NCBI RefSeq assembly: GCF_039654945.1
Contig: NW_027361960.1
Coordinates: forward strand, 17,484,001-17,548,000
DNA length: 64,000 nucleotides
Source: Dendrobates tinctorius
Lineage: Eukaryota
Direction: 5' to 3'
This document shows, piece by piece, positions 37,531-50,400 of this stretch. The notes beneath the pieces were generated by a model that was not told the origin of the DNA, did not search any database, and saw only the letters and a list, made by a program, of their open reading frames with translations. Made by a program: the position numbers and the translations under genes. How positions within the stretch are numbered: position 1 is the first letter of the stretch; each line of letters starts with the position of its first letter.

Positions 37531-40500
37531 GGGTCTGCACTGCACCCAACAATATGGGCTGGGACTTTACGAAAGTGATGGATGGTGGCTAAAACAGAAA
37601 AGCTTAAAAGAAAAAAAAAAAAAAAAGCAGCAGCCATGTAACGGGCTTTTAATTTGAAAGGTCATTCCAATAAAATACAGCCGAAAATATATCAAGTATG
37701 TCAAATAAATTGAAAGGGCAACAACATAATGGACCGGAGAGGCCAGCGAAAAATGCTGCCCCAAGCAAGTAAGCAAAACTGGCTCCCAGGGTCCGAGCCG
37801 GCGCGTTCGGCACTAGACGGGAGTTGGTTTTACATAATCAGCTGGGTGATTTTAAAAATGATAACCAAATCCCTAGCAATGCAGGAGATTACCCTGGATT
37901 AGGGGGTTGTACTCACTCCTATTGTAACAGCCTTTACATTATTATGCTTCCTCTGTGGCCAGAAGGTTATATTCAGCCTACATAGGCGGAATTGAAAGAC
38001 ATTACAGTACCCTGGGCAAAATCCTCAGCAATATCACATCGCTTGTAAAAAGTCCAGCCTACAAGAGGATGATTATACGGTGCAGCAGATACAGTGTTCC
38101 AGGAGAGAAAAATAACCAAACCAACTATATATATATATATCTATCTATATATATTTATTATCACACACACACATTTTTATGGATCTTCATTAACGCCATA
38201 CTCCATGCAATATTAGTACATCACTAGTGTCAAGTGAATTTGACATGTGAGCTGAAGGGGAAGTGAGGCCCACAGTGGTCCCAGTGAAGAAGTGGTGGGG
38301 CTGATGGCCGCCTTACAGCAGGGCTAGGGAGGTAAGACTTCTCCAGGCCTGCAGGCTTTCCACACAAAAGAAAATGATTGAATTCTGAAATTGAGAGAGC
38401 TGACAAATCAGCAAAAGCACTGTCCATTAATCACTAGCGTGACAGTTTAATCATCCTAAGTACTTTTATAAATAGTGCTCACAGTAGAAAACCAGATTTT
38501 ATTTTAACCCCTTATGAAGAGTGCCTGCTAACCAACTGTTGAAAAATTAGCCGCATGTCATCCATCTCAGCCCTGCATAGAAATATACATTTTAGGAGCA
38601 CCAAGCCGGCTGACAGCCTCTCGGTTATCGGCGGCCGAGTGACTCAGGGCTGCTGTATGAACGCCACTGGCCTAGGAGCCAATTCTCCTTTGGAAAATAT
38701 ATACACAGTTTTCCCGATGAGACCCAATAATATCCACCCTGCAAACATTTCCTTTACCAACACGCAAGAGAGGAAGAAAAACCGTTTTAATTTGTTTTTA
38801 GAAATGAACAAAAAACCTTAATGAGTGCATGGTGTTATTAGGTTGGACTCACAAGAATTTCCAATATGAGATTTCAGTGACAAATCCACCACAGACATCC
38901 TGGTATGCTGACACTAGGCGAATACAGCTGCACACAGGATTTTCATGTATGGTCCCTTACTACACCACAGATAGTAAGTGTGGGTGTCTTCCATTACTCG
39001 GACAGAGCAGCGCATGGACGCCAGAGACTTCCCACTGACCCATACACCACCCTGGGCACGCACTCCTGCAGGGGCGTTCTCAGCAATCCACCAACAATCA
39101 GCAGTTCTTTGTAGTGCATAACATATGAAACAATTTTTGGAAATAATACAACACACTAAATAGGGTTTATTAACAAATTCCTGCTGAAGTGTGCTTTAAA
39201 AGCCAATATTCACACATCCATTTTGCTCACCCGCGTGCCGTTGGTTTTTCAGGGCTCGTTCACAGGACGGTATCTTCAGTCTGTCCATGAAAGAATGGAC
39301 GGACGGCACTCAAGCCAATGTTATCCATTGGGGAAGTGCAGATGGACATGTGAATAAAATCACCGCATGCACTAAATTCAGACGAGACTCACCCACTCAA
39401 GTACTGCAGTGCAGGGCCACAGTATAGCATCCATTCTTTGCGGATACATTGCAACTCTATAAAATGGGAAAACGTAAATGGTCTTGTAAATGATTAATAG
39501 CAGCTGAGCAAAAAAGAAAAAAAAAGGGGATTGTATACAGACTGCACATGAATGACAAGTGTGAGAAAAATTGTCCTACTTTTCTGGATGACACTGAGCA
39601 ATTTTTTATAAGCTCGAGTGTGCCGACCCTAATGTGACAGCACACCAACTTATAGTTTAGTGGAACCAGTCACACTTCTTGTGTCCCAGTCTCACATTTA
39701 TGCAGGTTAGCCCAAGTCATTCAAGTCTATAGGGAACTGTTAAACACAAGCCATCCATTGCCAAGTGTTCATGGATTAAAAAATGTAGGAGTGGAGAAAA
39801 AAAAAAACAGGTGCAAAACATGTGAAAAACAGAGGGAAAACTAAAGACAATTGGTATAGCAGTATGTCCCTTTATTTATAAGGGCCAAAAGAAACCTGGA
39901 AAGGCCAACAGGAGCCCCACACGAGGAAAACAATAGCTATAGCAAAAAAAGGGGGATTGTGAAAGAAAAAAATTATAAAATATAACTTTTAATATTAGAA
40001 GTTTAAAATAAGGACACACATGCAAATGATCCAGCAAGGATCACACCGCTAATACATTCAGGCTGAAAAGGAAAGTGAAAGTACAGAATTTATTGGGTAC
40101 AAATCAGTAGGTGAAGAAAAACTGCACCATCAAGCAGCTCACAACATCACAGAGGGGCTCTTATTAAGAATGTTTAGAGTGCAGGTGGGCCCATGTATTT
40201 TTAAACAAAAATGTGGTATGAGTCATACTCCTTATCAGGGTGAATATATAGACAAATAACTGGACCACTCTCACCCATAAGGGTATGTGCACTCACTGCG
40301 GACTACTGTGCAGAATTTTCCGCGCATAATCTGCTATTTTTGGCAGAATCTGCAGGTCAACATGCCTGAGTTCTACCTGTGGATTTGACCTGTGTTTTTA
40401 CACCTGCGGATTCCTATAATGGAATTGGTGCAAAAACGCTGCAGAATCCGCACAAAGAATTGACATGCTGCGGAAAATAAACCGCTGCGTTTCCACAAGG

Positions 40501-40894
40501 AATTTTCCGCAGCTTGCGCACAGCGTTTTTTTTTTCCCCATTGGATAACATTGTACTGTATTCTCTGGCGGATCAACACAGCAATCCGCAATGTGAGCAC
40601 ATACCCTAAGTGGTTTTGACATCCAGTTGCTGAAAAACACCCTGTGCTAACAGCCCATCAGGACCTGGAGATCACCTCCAGTCTCCTAAAAACGTCCATT
40701 CTCAAGGGCCACAGGGAGTAGTATATTGCAACATAGGACCACCTCCCAAGTATGGCTCCATGCCACATTTTTGTTGTTTAAAAACTAAAGACAAACAAAA
40801 AAAAACTGTTTCTGAGAGATGTAAATATTTAAATTCATGTAAATAAATGATTGTAAATTTGCACACAGACAAAATGGTTTGTACACGTCTGTTA

Positions 40895-42298
40895 AAGTAA
40901 GAAACTCCATAATGGTCACTGACATAACTTGAAAGTCAGACATTGCTTTTGAAAATTGTTCAACAACAAAAGTAAATAAAAATGGTTAGGAAAAAAAATG
41001 ATGGTAACCTTCTCGTAATATTTTGTGGCACAACCTTTTGAGGCAATCACAGCAAACCCATGATTTCTACAACACTCAGACTTCTGTACCTGGAGGTATT
41101 TGGCCCACTCCTCATGAGCAGACTGCTCTAGCTGTCTCAGGTGTGAAGTTGCCTTGTCCTGACTGCATGATTCTGCTCTTTCCACATATGCTCAATAGGA
41201 TTTAGGTCAGGGCTCATAAAATCCAATTCAGAATAGTCTAATACTTTGTTATTTGCCATTCTACGGTGTTTTTAGCTGTGTGCTTTGTCTTATTATTGTG
41301 TTGAAAGACCCAAAACCTGTGACTGAGACCAAGGTTTCTGACAATGGGCAGCAAATTTCTCTCCACAATGCCTTGATAGTCTTAAGATTTCATTGTAGCC
41401 TGCACAGATTTAAGACTCCCCTAAAAATAACCAATCCACCTGTATGTTTCACAGTAGGTACAATGTTATTTTCGTTGTATGCTTCATTTTTGCGACTGAA
41501 CATAGAGATGATGAGACTTACCAAAAAGCTCTCATCTCCCAGAAGACTTGTGGCTTGTCAGTATGTATTTTTGAACATTTCAGCCTCACTTTTTTATGAT
41601 TTGCTTTCAACAGTGGTTTCCTTCTAAGTCGTCTTCCATGACGTCCACCTTAGCAAAGACAGCGAGGGACAGTGCAATCTGACACTGATTTACCTTGACT
41701 TTGGAGTTCACCCCTGCGGATGTTCTGGGCTCTTGCTACATTCGTATTATTGTTCTCTTCAATTTGTCGCCAATATTATGCCTGCAGTCACGTCCAGGAA
41801 GGTTGGCTAAAGTCCCATAGACCTTAAACTTCTGAATAATATGTGCAACTGTAGGAACATCAAGCTGTTTTGAGATGATCTTAGAGACTTTACCTTTAAC
41901 TATAATTTTCTTTCTAATCTACTGAGACAACTCTCTCCTCAATTTTCTTTGCTCCATTTTCAGTGAGGTATACACCATGATACCAAACAGCACAGTGACT
42001 ACTTTTAACCCTCTTAACAGACAACCTGATTACAGGTTTCTAGACACCTGTGATGCGAATTACAGGACACACTTTAGTTTAACATGTCCCTATGGACAAA
42101 ATTATTTTCAATCTTTCATAGGGGTACCATTTTTGTTCAGGCCATGTTCATTAGTTTGTTGTATGAAATATTTCTGTTGAATCTCAATACAAAAGCAATG
42201 TGAGATTTTCATTTGTTGATATTCAGTATATTTAAATAGAAAATTACTTTTGTCAGTTTCAAGTTACATCAGTGACCATTGTAGGTTTTTGTCCACAT
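40895..42298 (-). mobile_element. Decayed Tc1-like transposon with transposase remnant (~41957 to ~41015)
   Basis: Minus-strand peptides LRQLEQSAHEEWAK and AVIASKGCATKY match the Tc1 transposase C-terminus. Inverted ends tggtcactgacataacttgaaa / tttcaagttacatcagtgacca. Many stops and indels. Confidence 0.75.
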
Positions 42299-42302
42299 CT
42301 GT

Positions 42303-42758
42303 CAAGGCCCCGTCACACACAGCGATCTCGCTAGCGAGATCGCTGCCGAGTCACAAGTTTTGTGACAACAGCGATCTCACCAGCGAGATCGCTGTGTGTG
42401 ACAGCGATCAGCGACCGGCCCCCCTGCCGGTACCGCTGATCGCTCTGGGAAACCTCTTGAATTTTCTTTGGTGGTTGGTCTCCCACTGGCCAGCATGCAT
42501 CGCTGCGTGTGACAGGCGGGAGACCAGCGATCTGCTGGTAACTAACGTGCACATCACGTATCCAAGGGACGCATGCATCAGCGCGCTGGTAACTAACGTA
42601 CACAGCGACGCCGCGCGCTCGGCGTCGCTGTGCTGATCGCTGGTGAAGCTGTCTGTGTGACAGCTCAGCAGCGATCACATAGCGACTCACCAGCGATCCT
42701 GACACGTTGATATCGTTGTCGGGATCGCTGGCGAGTCGCTATGTGTGACTCCAGCTTA
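42303..42758. mobile_element. Harbinger-type MITE (family of 57965-59023)
   Basis: ggccccgtcacacacagcgatctcgctagcgagatcgct start, gctatgtgtgac end. Confidence 0.8.
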
Positions 42759-44639
42759 ACACAAGTCCTTTATCTGGCTAGCTGCTCTTCATAATATACA
42801 GATTTGTCAGAGCGCTTAGTTCTGAGAACCCTCTATTCTCCCCTCCCTTCAGACAGTCAGGCAACATTCATACATCAGTGCGACACATTCTAGTGCTCAG
42901 TTTTTTCCCGGACAGCACACTGTCCTATAGAGTTGGATTAATCCATACACATCTGTTTAAAACGGATCTGTATATCTGGTCTTAAACATGTCCATTTCTC
43001 ATCAGCTTTATTGATCAGACTCGGCCACTGAAGTCTAAGGGGATCTGTGTAAAACAGAAGACATACTTTGTACTTCAGTGTTTCATGTGATCATCAGGCT
43101 TTTTAACGGAAACATTGCTAAGAGTGAATGGATAAAAAAAATAGTTTATACAGTCGGCATCAGTGGAAAAAAACTAAAAACAACTGAGTAAAAAATGGAC
43201 ATATGAATGATCAGTAAACCATAGAAAGATGTCAAAAACTAAGACTGTCAAGACTGTAATAGCATATCAAGTGTAAAATCCATGTCTACTACAACAATAA
43301 TGGAAAACCTGCAGGAGTAAGTTTAGGGGAAGATGAAAAATGAGGGAAATGGGGCCGATTTACACTAAGAGACGAGGCTAATCCAGCCAGGAGCAGAGGG
43401 AAAGTGGCACGTCGGACCACAAACAATACAGTATTTTAGAATAGCAGCTCATAACAGATGTTTCATTGAAAAACAGATGGCTGGAACGGATTCTGGGAAT
43501 AGTTGCATGTAACTCAGCATGACACAAAGAGGGAAAAAAATTCCCAGAAAAGGATGTAGTCACGTAACAAATCTACAGAATAACTCTTGTAATGCTTTGA
43601 TGAGTTAAAAAAAACAAAACACTGCATTACATTTTGGAACTTCCTAAAACCCCATAATTCACAGTATTAAGGTAAAGTGGTGCAGTAAGAAGCAGAGTGG
43701 TTTCACAAAAGGGCCCGAGTCCTCAAAATGTTTGCCAGAATTCTGATGCAAATCAACTTGAAATGTCTTATTTACGCAACCAAAGTAGTGTAAATTATGC
43801 CAGAAATATACTGAAGTCCCTGACCGGAGTGACACTTATGGCAGTGGTGCACAACAGATGTGCTAAATTCATTAAGGTGAGGGATGATTGCCTTTTAATT
43901 AATTTAGCACATCTTATCGCAGTGCACAGTTCATCAAGAGGCTGGTGTACAGAATGCCAGTCTTTATGATGAGCCCAAGGTTTTTAACTAAAATGACTTT
44001 GTAGTTTTTCAGCAAAAACACTGCGGCCTCATGTCAACTGTTAGGCCTCATGTAGACATCCAAGGATCACGTATCCGTTCTGTGTGTTTCACGACCAGAA
44101 TACATACCCGTTACAATTTGTGGCCTACTCACATGATCATGTTGTCCTGCAGACTGAGTGGAGACGTGTCTGTGTGATCCGAGTCTATGGGCATGTGACA
44201 GATCAGTGACAGCACATACTGGAATCTGTGTGCTGTCCGTGATCAGCACTGAAAATCAACAGAAGCTTTGTAATGTATTCAACCATATGTGAAAATCACC
44301 GATGAAACCAGACACTGACTAAACACTAATGGAAATTGGATCCAATAAATCAACAGTAGGACAAACTCTGAAGTTTTTATTAAAATGGGGTTTTCGGTAT
44401 GTAGGCATTGTTTCCAAAATGCAACATGCTATAAAGAAAAGTGTGCATTATATACATATACACACAGAGCAGAACAGTTGACAAACCCATGCTGGAGATG
44501 TTCCACTAAATATGGGACAGAAGAGGCTCCCAAACACAAGTAATAACCAATATGGCATATGTTGTAACAAGGGCATTAATGGCAAGCAGTTGGGTAAACT
44601 TTGGCTGACAGAAATTTCTATAACCTATCCTCCTTGGGG

Positions 44640-44989
44640 TAAGGGGGTTTCACACATAGCGATATCGCTAAAGCATCACCGATTTGGTGATGCAGCAGCG
44701 ATATCGCTATGTGTGATACCTCCGACCGTCTCCCCCGCTGTCCATCGCTGATCGCGCAGCTCCATTTCTCGTCGGGCGCTTCCTGCTGGCGCCGACGAGC
44801 GATGTGTGGAGGCGGGCGGGAGGACGTAAGGATCGCCGCGTCTGAAAGGTAAGTATCGTCTGCTGTATCGCTGCGAGATCTGCCTGTGTGGCAGCTCAAT
44901 AGCGACCATTTAGCGATGCACCAGCGATCCTGACCGGGTCGTATCGCTGGTCGGATCGCTGGTGCATCGCTAAATGTAAAGGGGCCTTT
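44640..44989. mobile_element. Harbinger-type MITE, inverted relative to 35144-35552
   Basis: taagggggtttcacacatagcgatatcg ... gcatcgctaaatgtaaaggggccttta. Confidence 0.85.
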
Positions 44990-47247
44990 AGAACCTGCCC
45001 CTTATCAGTGTGGTGCCAGAAAGACCGGCATTCTAACAATGAAGAGGAGCTGTGATGTGCCGACTTCCATCCCTCCGATGTGTACAGGGCACGGATGCGC
45101 TCCTCCATTCTATTTCCATAGAAAAATGACATGTATCTATTTCAATTGAAGTGAACATTACATACAAGCAGTGCTAAATATACACCGCCTCAGCTCTAAT
45201 GAAGGAGAGACTGACAAGGAAGAATACCATCCCTCGCCAATGCCATGGCTGACATGTGTGCTATTTTTATTTTTCTGCCAGTTCCCTCAGACAAAGAATG
45301 ACCTTGAGAGCGGGAGGCCTTGAAGCCGACAGCAGCAAGTGCTGGATTATTTTACAATGTTAGCAACAAAAGGTTGCTCTTGTTTTTACATAGACTGGTA
45401 AAACTCGAGCACCACTTAAAATAATTTACCAGAATAAAAAAACACTTCTCAATGCAGCCACATTTACCTCAGTGACAAAACCTCCCACATCACTGCACTC
45501 AAGTCTCTACTATAAAATCCACGCGAGAAATGAGACTGCAAAGATGCGAGTGTTTGGCGCTGTGCCGCTATTTAGACATCAGGTGTGGTATCAAGGCCCT
45601 GGAAACTGGGAGAACCCAAGGAAGTCTACAGCATTTCAAGTCTGTGCCACCAGTCCTACAGTGAAAACGTCCCATGTCACAAAACATGTCACTGGACACA
45701 AAACTGAGGCCATCAGTACCTTAGCTCTCCACCAGATTGGGTCTGTGGGGCCACAGTTAAGACTTTAGAGATTTGTTAGCAGGGCCCGATGCCTGCTTCA
45801 CACACACTGTGACCGCAATAAAAATGGAGGTTTTAAGTGTCATCTTTTGCAGAAATGTTTCTGACATTTTGAAGTTTTCTGCAGAAGCCCTTGGACAAAA
45901 GCATCAGAAAATTATATGACTATACCTAGACCATACAGTGTTTCTATAAACCACTGCTGACCTCAAAACACTGTGCATGAACACTTTTCATCACACTACT
46001 AAGGACTTGTGCCCCCTTTACATAACTAAGTGGTTTGACAGAGGAAGAAAGCTTCTTCTGTCACCCATCAAAAGACTGCACAGCAGTACTGAGCTGCCAT
46101 GGTAACTGGCCTAAAAAACAACCCCCTGGGCTGCCAAGGCTGCATTTCTTGGCTTGAGCAATGCTTTGGTATCCCATGTATAGTAAATATAAAAAGCTTA
46201 AAGGAATAATGTGCTAAAAAAATAAAATATATACATTATATACACACACGGTTTTGTTGCAATTGCCATGGCCCAAATAATTTAGTTACCCAATATACAA
46301 TGTTGTGAATTAACACAAATAAAAAAATAAATATTGCATAATATGACTAATAGGAAAGTAGAATAAGGTAAGAATCCACTAACGCATTTTTATTGCCCTT
46401 ATGATGTAAAAGTAGAAGAAAAAAAAAAACACTATACATATTTAGCGTTGCTGTAATCAGTCTCATGAAATTAATGTACCATTATCAACGCAAAATTTAA
46501 AATACAAAAAAAATGCAGGTATTAAAAGATTTTCTCCATTCCTATTGCAAAATATAAAAATCTTCGGGCACGTGCACGCGTAGTCTTTTCCAGGCAGATT
46601 ACGCAGCCGTGAAAGCCGTGCAGTGACTAAAAGTAGTGACCTGACCATTGTCGTGCAATACCATTCTGTGTGGCCGGCCACCAAACATCTGACTCCTCTG
46701 TGTTTAGTATCTCTCAAAATATGGGGATAGCTGCTGTCATTACATGGTGATTTTGATTCCTTTTATCTGAAATTTTTAAAAAGGGGGGGAAGAAGACCCT
46801 CTGTCTATAACAGTGGAAGTTGCAGGAATCAACCCCCCATTAGACTATGGCTTACTTCATAATGTTGATATAAACCTTGGATCAGAATATCCCTTCAGAT
46901 TTTATACAGCCTTGGGAGTGGGTACATTCACAAATTAGTCTCAAGACCATAAGAGTTGTGCACCTCTTGGTTGAAGTAACATCTTGTTCTAGACCTGTGT
47001 GCTTTTAACAATTGTGAAGAAAACACGGTATGTAACCCCAGCCTTACTCTAATGGATTGTGACCTTGATGTGAGCACAGGAGGTCATGGCAGTGACCTGA
47101 AAAAGTCTTGTTATCTGGTCTGATGTGTGAGCTCTTGGGACTGGAGGGTTTGGTCACTTGCTGGCTGTTCAGTAGAGATAATATGGTGGGCACGCAATGG
47201 TAGAAACTTATTTTAGTGCTTGGAGAGAACCAGATAGTATATAGAGA

Positions 47248-47491
47248 CCACGACACAGAAGAGTGTCAAGGGAATGAAACGTCATTTATTTTAGCAGCAG
47301 GAAGTGTCTGCACAGGATCCAGGCCAACGTTTCGGTCAGAGACCTTTCTTGCAGCGTTTGTATACCTGTCTCTCCATTGTGGCCCTGAGATAAGTCTTTC
47401 GGAGCAAAATATTTTCCTGAATCTTGTACAGACACTTCCTGCTGCATAAATAAATCACATTTGATTTTCTTGAAATTCTTCTGTGCCGTGG
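47248..47491. mobile_element. Short fold-back Penelope-like element with hammerhead remnant
   Basis: Arms gcagcaggaagtgtctg / cagacacttcctgctgc plus aataaa. Minus strand reads AGAAAGGUC UCU GACC GAAACGUUGG (47322-47350). Confidence 0.55.
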
Positions 47492-50400
47492 AATGTCCAT
47501 ATAATGGCTGTACAGTGACACTTCAGAAACACACAATATTCAATTGTGGTTATTACCACAACCACCTAAACCACTAGAGTATACTGACAGCAGGTTGTGA
47601 AAAGACTCACAAGTCGCAGTGCAAAATCCCACAAAAGCAGTATATTGATTGTCAGGACCCTGAACTATCATGTGTATACAAAGAACATGCAGGGGGCTAT
47701 AGTGGCCACCTAGGAGGGTGTTTTCCGTTAAAGCGCTCCTCTAATTAGAACCGTCATGGTGTTAATGTTGGCACGATCCTCCTAATGCCCCAATGCTTGG
47801 TGGAGGAGTCATTTAAATTATTGCACTTTGGCAAAGCAGCGAAACATTTTGTGTATTCTTACAAGTCCAATTTATGTTCAGCATTTGTTGAGATCTCTAT
47901 GAAAGCAAATTTATTAGCATCATTATGAGCACTCAACTTGCTGTGCAAATGCCATAGATATGCAAAGTTGAATCTCTGCGTCCATCTGCTTTCTCTTTGT
48001 GCATCGCTAGTCATCTAAAGCTACAGTCAAGATCAGTCACACGCACACACAAATATAATAATTACGCTACAACTGTAGCACAGCGAGGGGGAGGGGATGT
48101 GGAGGAGGGTCACAAAGCACGCTAATGTAGTGGTGGGAGATCGGAGAGAGCGTATGCACGACTATAACGTAGCCTGCAGAGATTAGGATTGTGCATCCCC
48201 TATATGTGCAGGGTGAGCCCCCCTGACCACGCTCATCACTTCCGATGGATCAGAGCACTAATATCTCAGTCCACAATGTCACTTATATACACACAGCTGA
48301 CTGTATACACAGTATATATCATTACTATATACATTGTGTTTGTCTGGGCTCTCATGAAAAGGATTAGCCAGGCACTTGTCACAAGCCTGACAGACATTAC
48401 ACTCTTTGGAGGAAAGACATCTACGTTTCATTAGATGGAGTCTGACAATTCTCGGTTATGAAGCGCTCTGACTCCTCAAAGACACAGTATGTGTATGACA
48501 GGGCTGCCAGCGAACCACACAGCTGCAGCTCCATCTTTGAGGAGAGGAATTGGAAGAGACAGCCAACTACATGAGCACCTTAAATCAAACACCAGCCACT
48601 CGGTGACAAATGGCCAGATACAGCGGTGTCATCATTAGGGACGCCGTCTACTGATGTCTCTTTGGCAAGACATCCACTATTGACAAACACCATCTCTCAT
48701 GGAGAAGTCAGAAAATAAGATAAGGGTGGGCACAAGACTGCCCACGGAATAGTAATGGCTTACACCAGGACACGAGAAGTAACGTGTAGCCATATACAAA
48801 TATTAGCACACTTCTATTACTCGGAAAGATTTCTTCCACGCTCCTCTGACAGATACAGCAAGACGTCAAAATCCTCTCGTTATTCCAGTCAATGTAAAGG
48901 AGTATGCACCATTATTGTGATACACGGGTATATAAAGTATAGGATATATCAGCCACGCATCATGGCAGGGAGCGCCTATACACATCACACCGCAGTTACA
49001 GAAGAGTCATGGGCTACAAAATGACGCCATGCATTTATTGAAAGTGATACAGCTGCTCAGGAAGGAGAGGCAATCCCCAAGCTCCAGGTGGGCTCCTCTG
49101 CCCTTATGTCCAGCCTATACGTTTGCGGCTTCTCCATTGTGAAGCGCAGCAGAATATTCTATTTACTGTTCTTACAAAGTGACTTCTGCAGCTTAAAAGG
49201 CAAAAAGCAACAAATCTTCCATATTACGCTCTACTGGGCCTCATTAGGACGTCGGGGATTTTTCTTGTATGCAACAAACACGATCCTACTTTCTGAAGTG
49301 TTTTTTCATTCTTTAGCATCAGTGATGATCTGATGAAAAAAAGTTACAAAGCTTCTCCTATCCACTGCAGGGCTGACCATGCCGTCTGCATGACGGCCAT
49401 CATTTTCAGAGATCAAAAATGGACATCACGATGATGTTTTTGCGCATGACCTAGCCCATGGGGAAAAAAGTGAACGTTTTCATACATTATAATCGGGTAC
49501 ATGGTCAATCCGCGGATAAAAGGAGTAGAAGCCATACATGAAAGATTCACACGTGAATGAGGAGGCCTTATGTTTAGTGGCTACTGCAAAAATAGCAAGG
49601 TTTTTATTGTACTAGTCTCAAACTTTCTGTTCTCTACAAAAAAAAAAAAAAAAAAATCATCAGTCTCGTTATCATCACAGGCCGGATTACAGTAAAAGAT
49701 ATCAGTGCGGTATCACATGAGGCATCAGCTCACCCCCTCCTCCATTCACAATCACCTTTGCTGCCTATGTCCATGTGGCTGCTGAAAATATTTGGAAGTA
49801 TATGTCTAGTATTAGGCCTAGTGGCTAGTTTGAAAATAGCAAAAAGTTCAGATTTTTTTTGTATATAGAAAAATTTAAAAAAAATTGAAAATAAAAAGAT
49901 ATTTAATAGTGATGAGCAAGCGTGCTTGGATAAGGTGTTCGAGGACACTCGTGTCCTAATCAGGTATTTTCTGTGTGCTCGAAAAATATGTTCCGAATCA
50001 CAGTGGCTGCATGTCTCGCCACTGTTCGACATCCACATCACATGCAGAGGTTGCCTAACAAACAGGTAATCCCTCCAAGTGTTGCACCTGTTGAACAGTC
50101 GCGAGACATGCAGCCGTGGGGACTCCAGCATATTTTGCCAGCACGCAGAAAATACTCAATTAGGACATGAGCATGCTCAGATAACACCTTATCCAAGCAC
50201 GCTCGCTCATCACCATTTAACATAAGAACATGATTTAATGTTATTCAGTGTTATTCTGATGGCACGTTCTCAAACAGTTGGCCTGACCTGCAGACATTCA
50301 AAGACAAAAGCCTTAAAACCTAGTTGTGAAATACAGAAAAGGGTCTTCTACCACGTCCTTGCAGGCGCATATTGGATAGGAAGTGATGTAAAGAAATACT

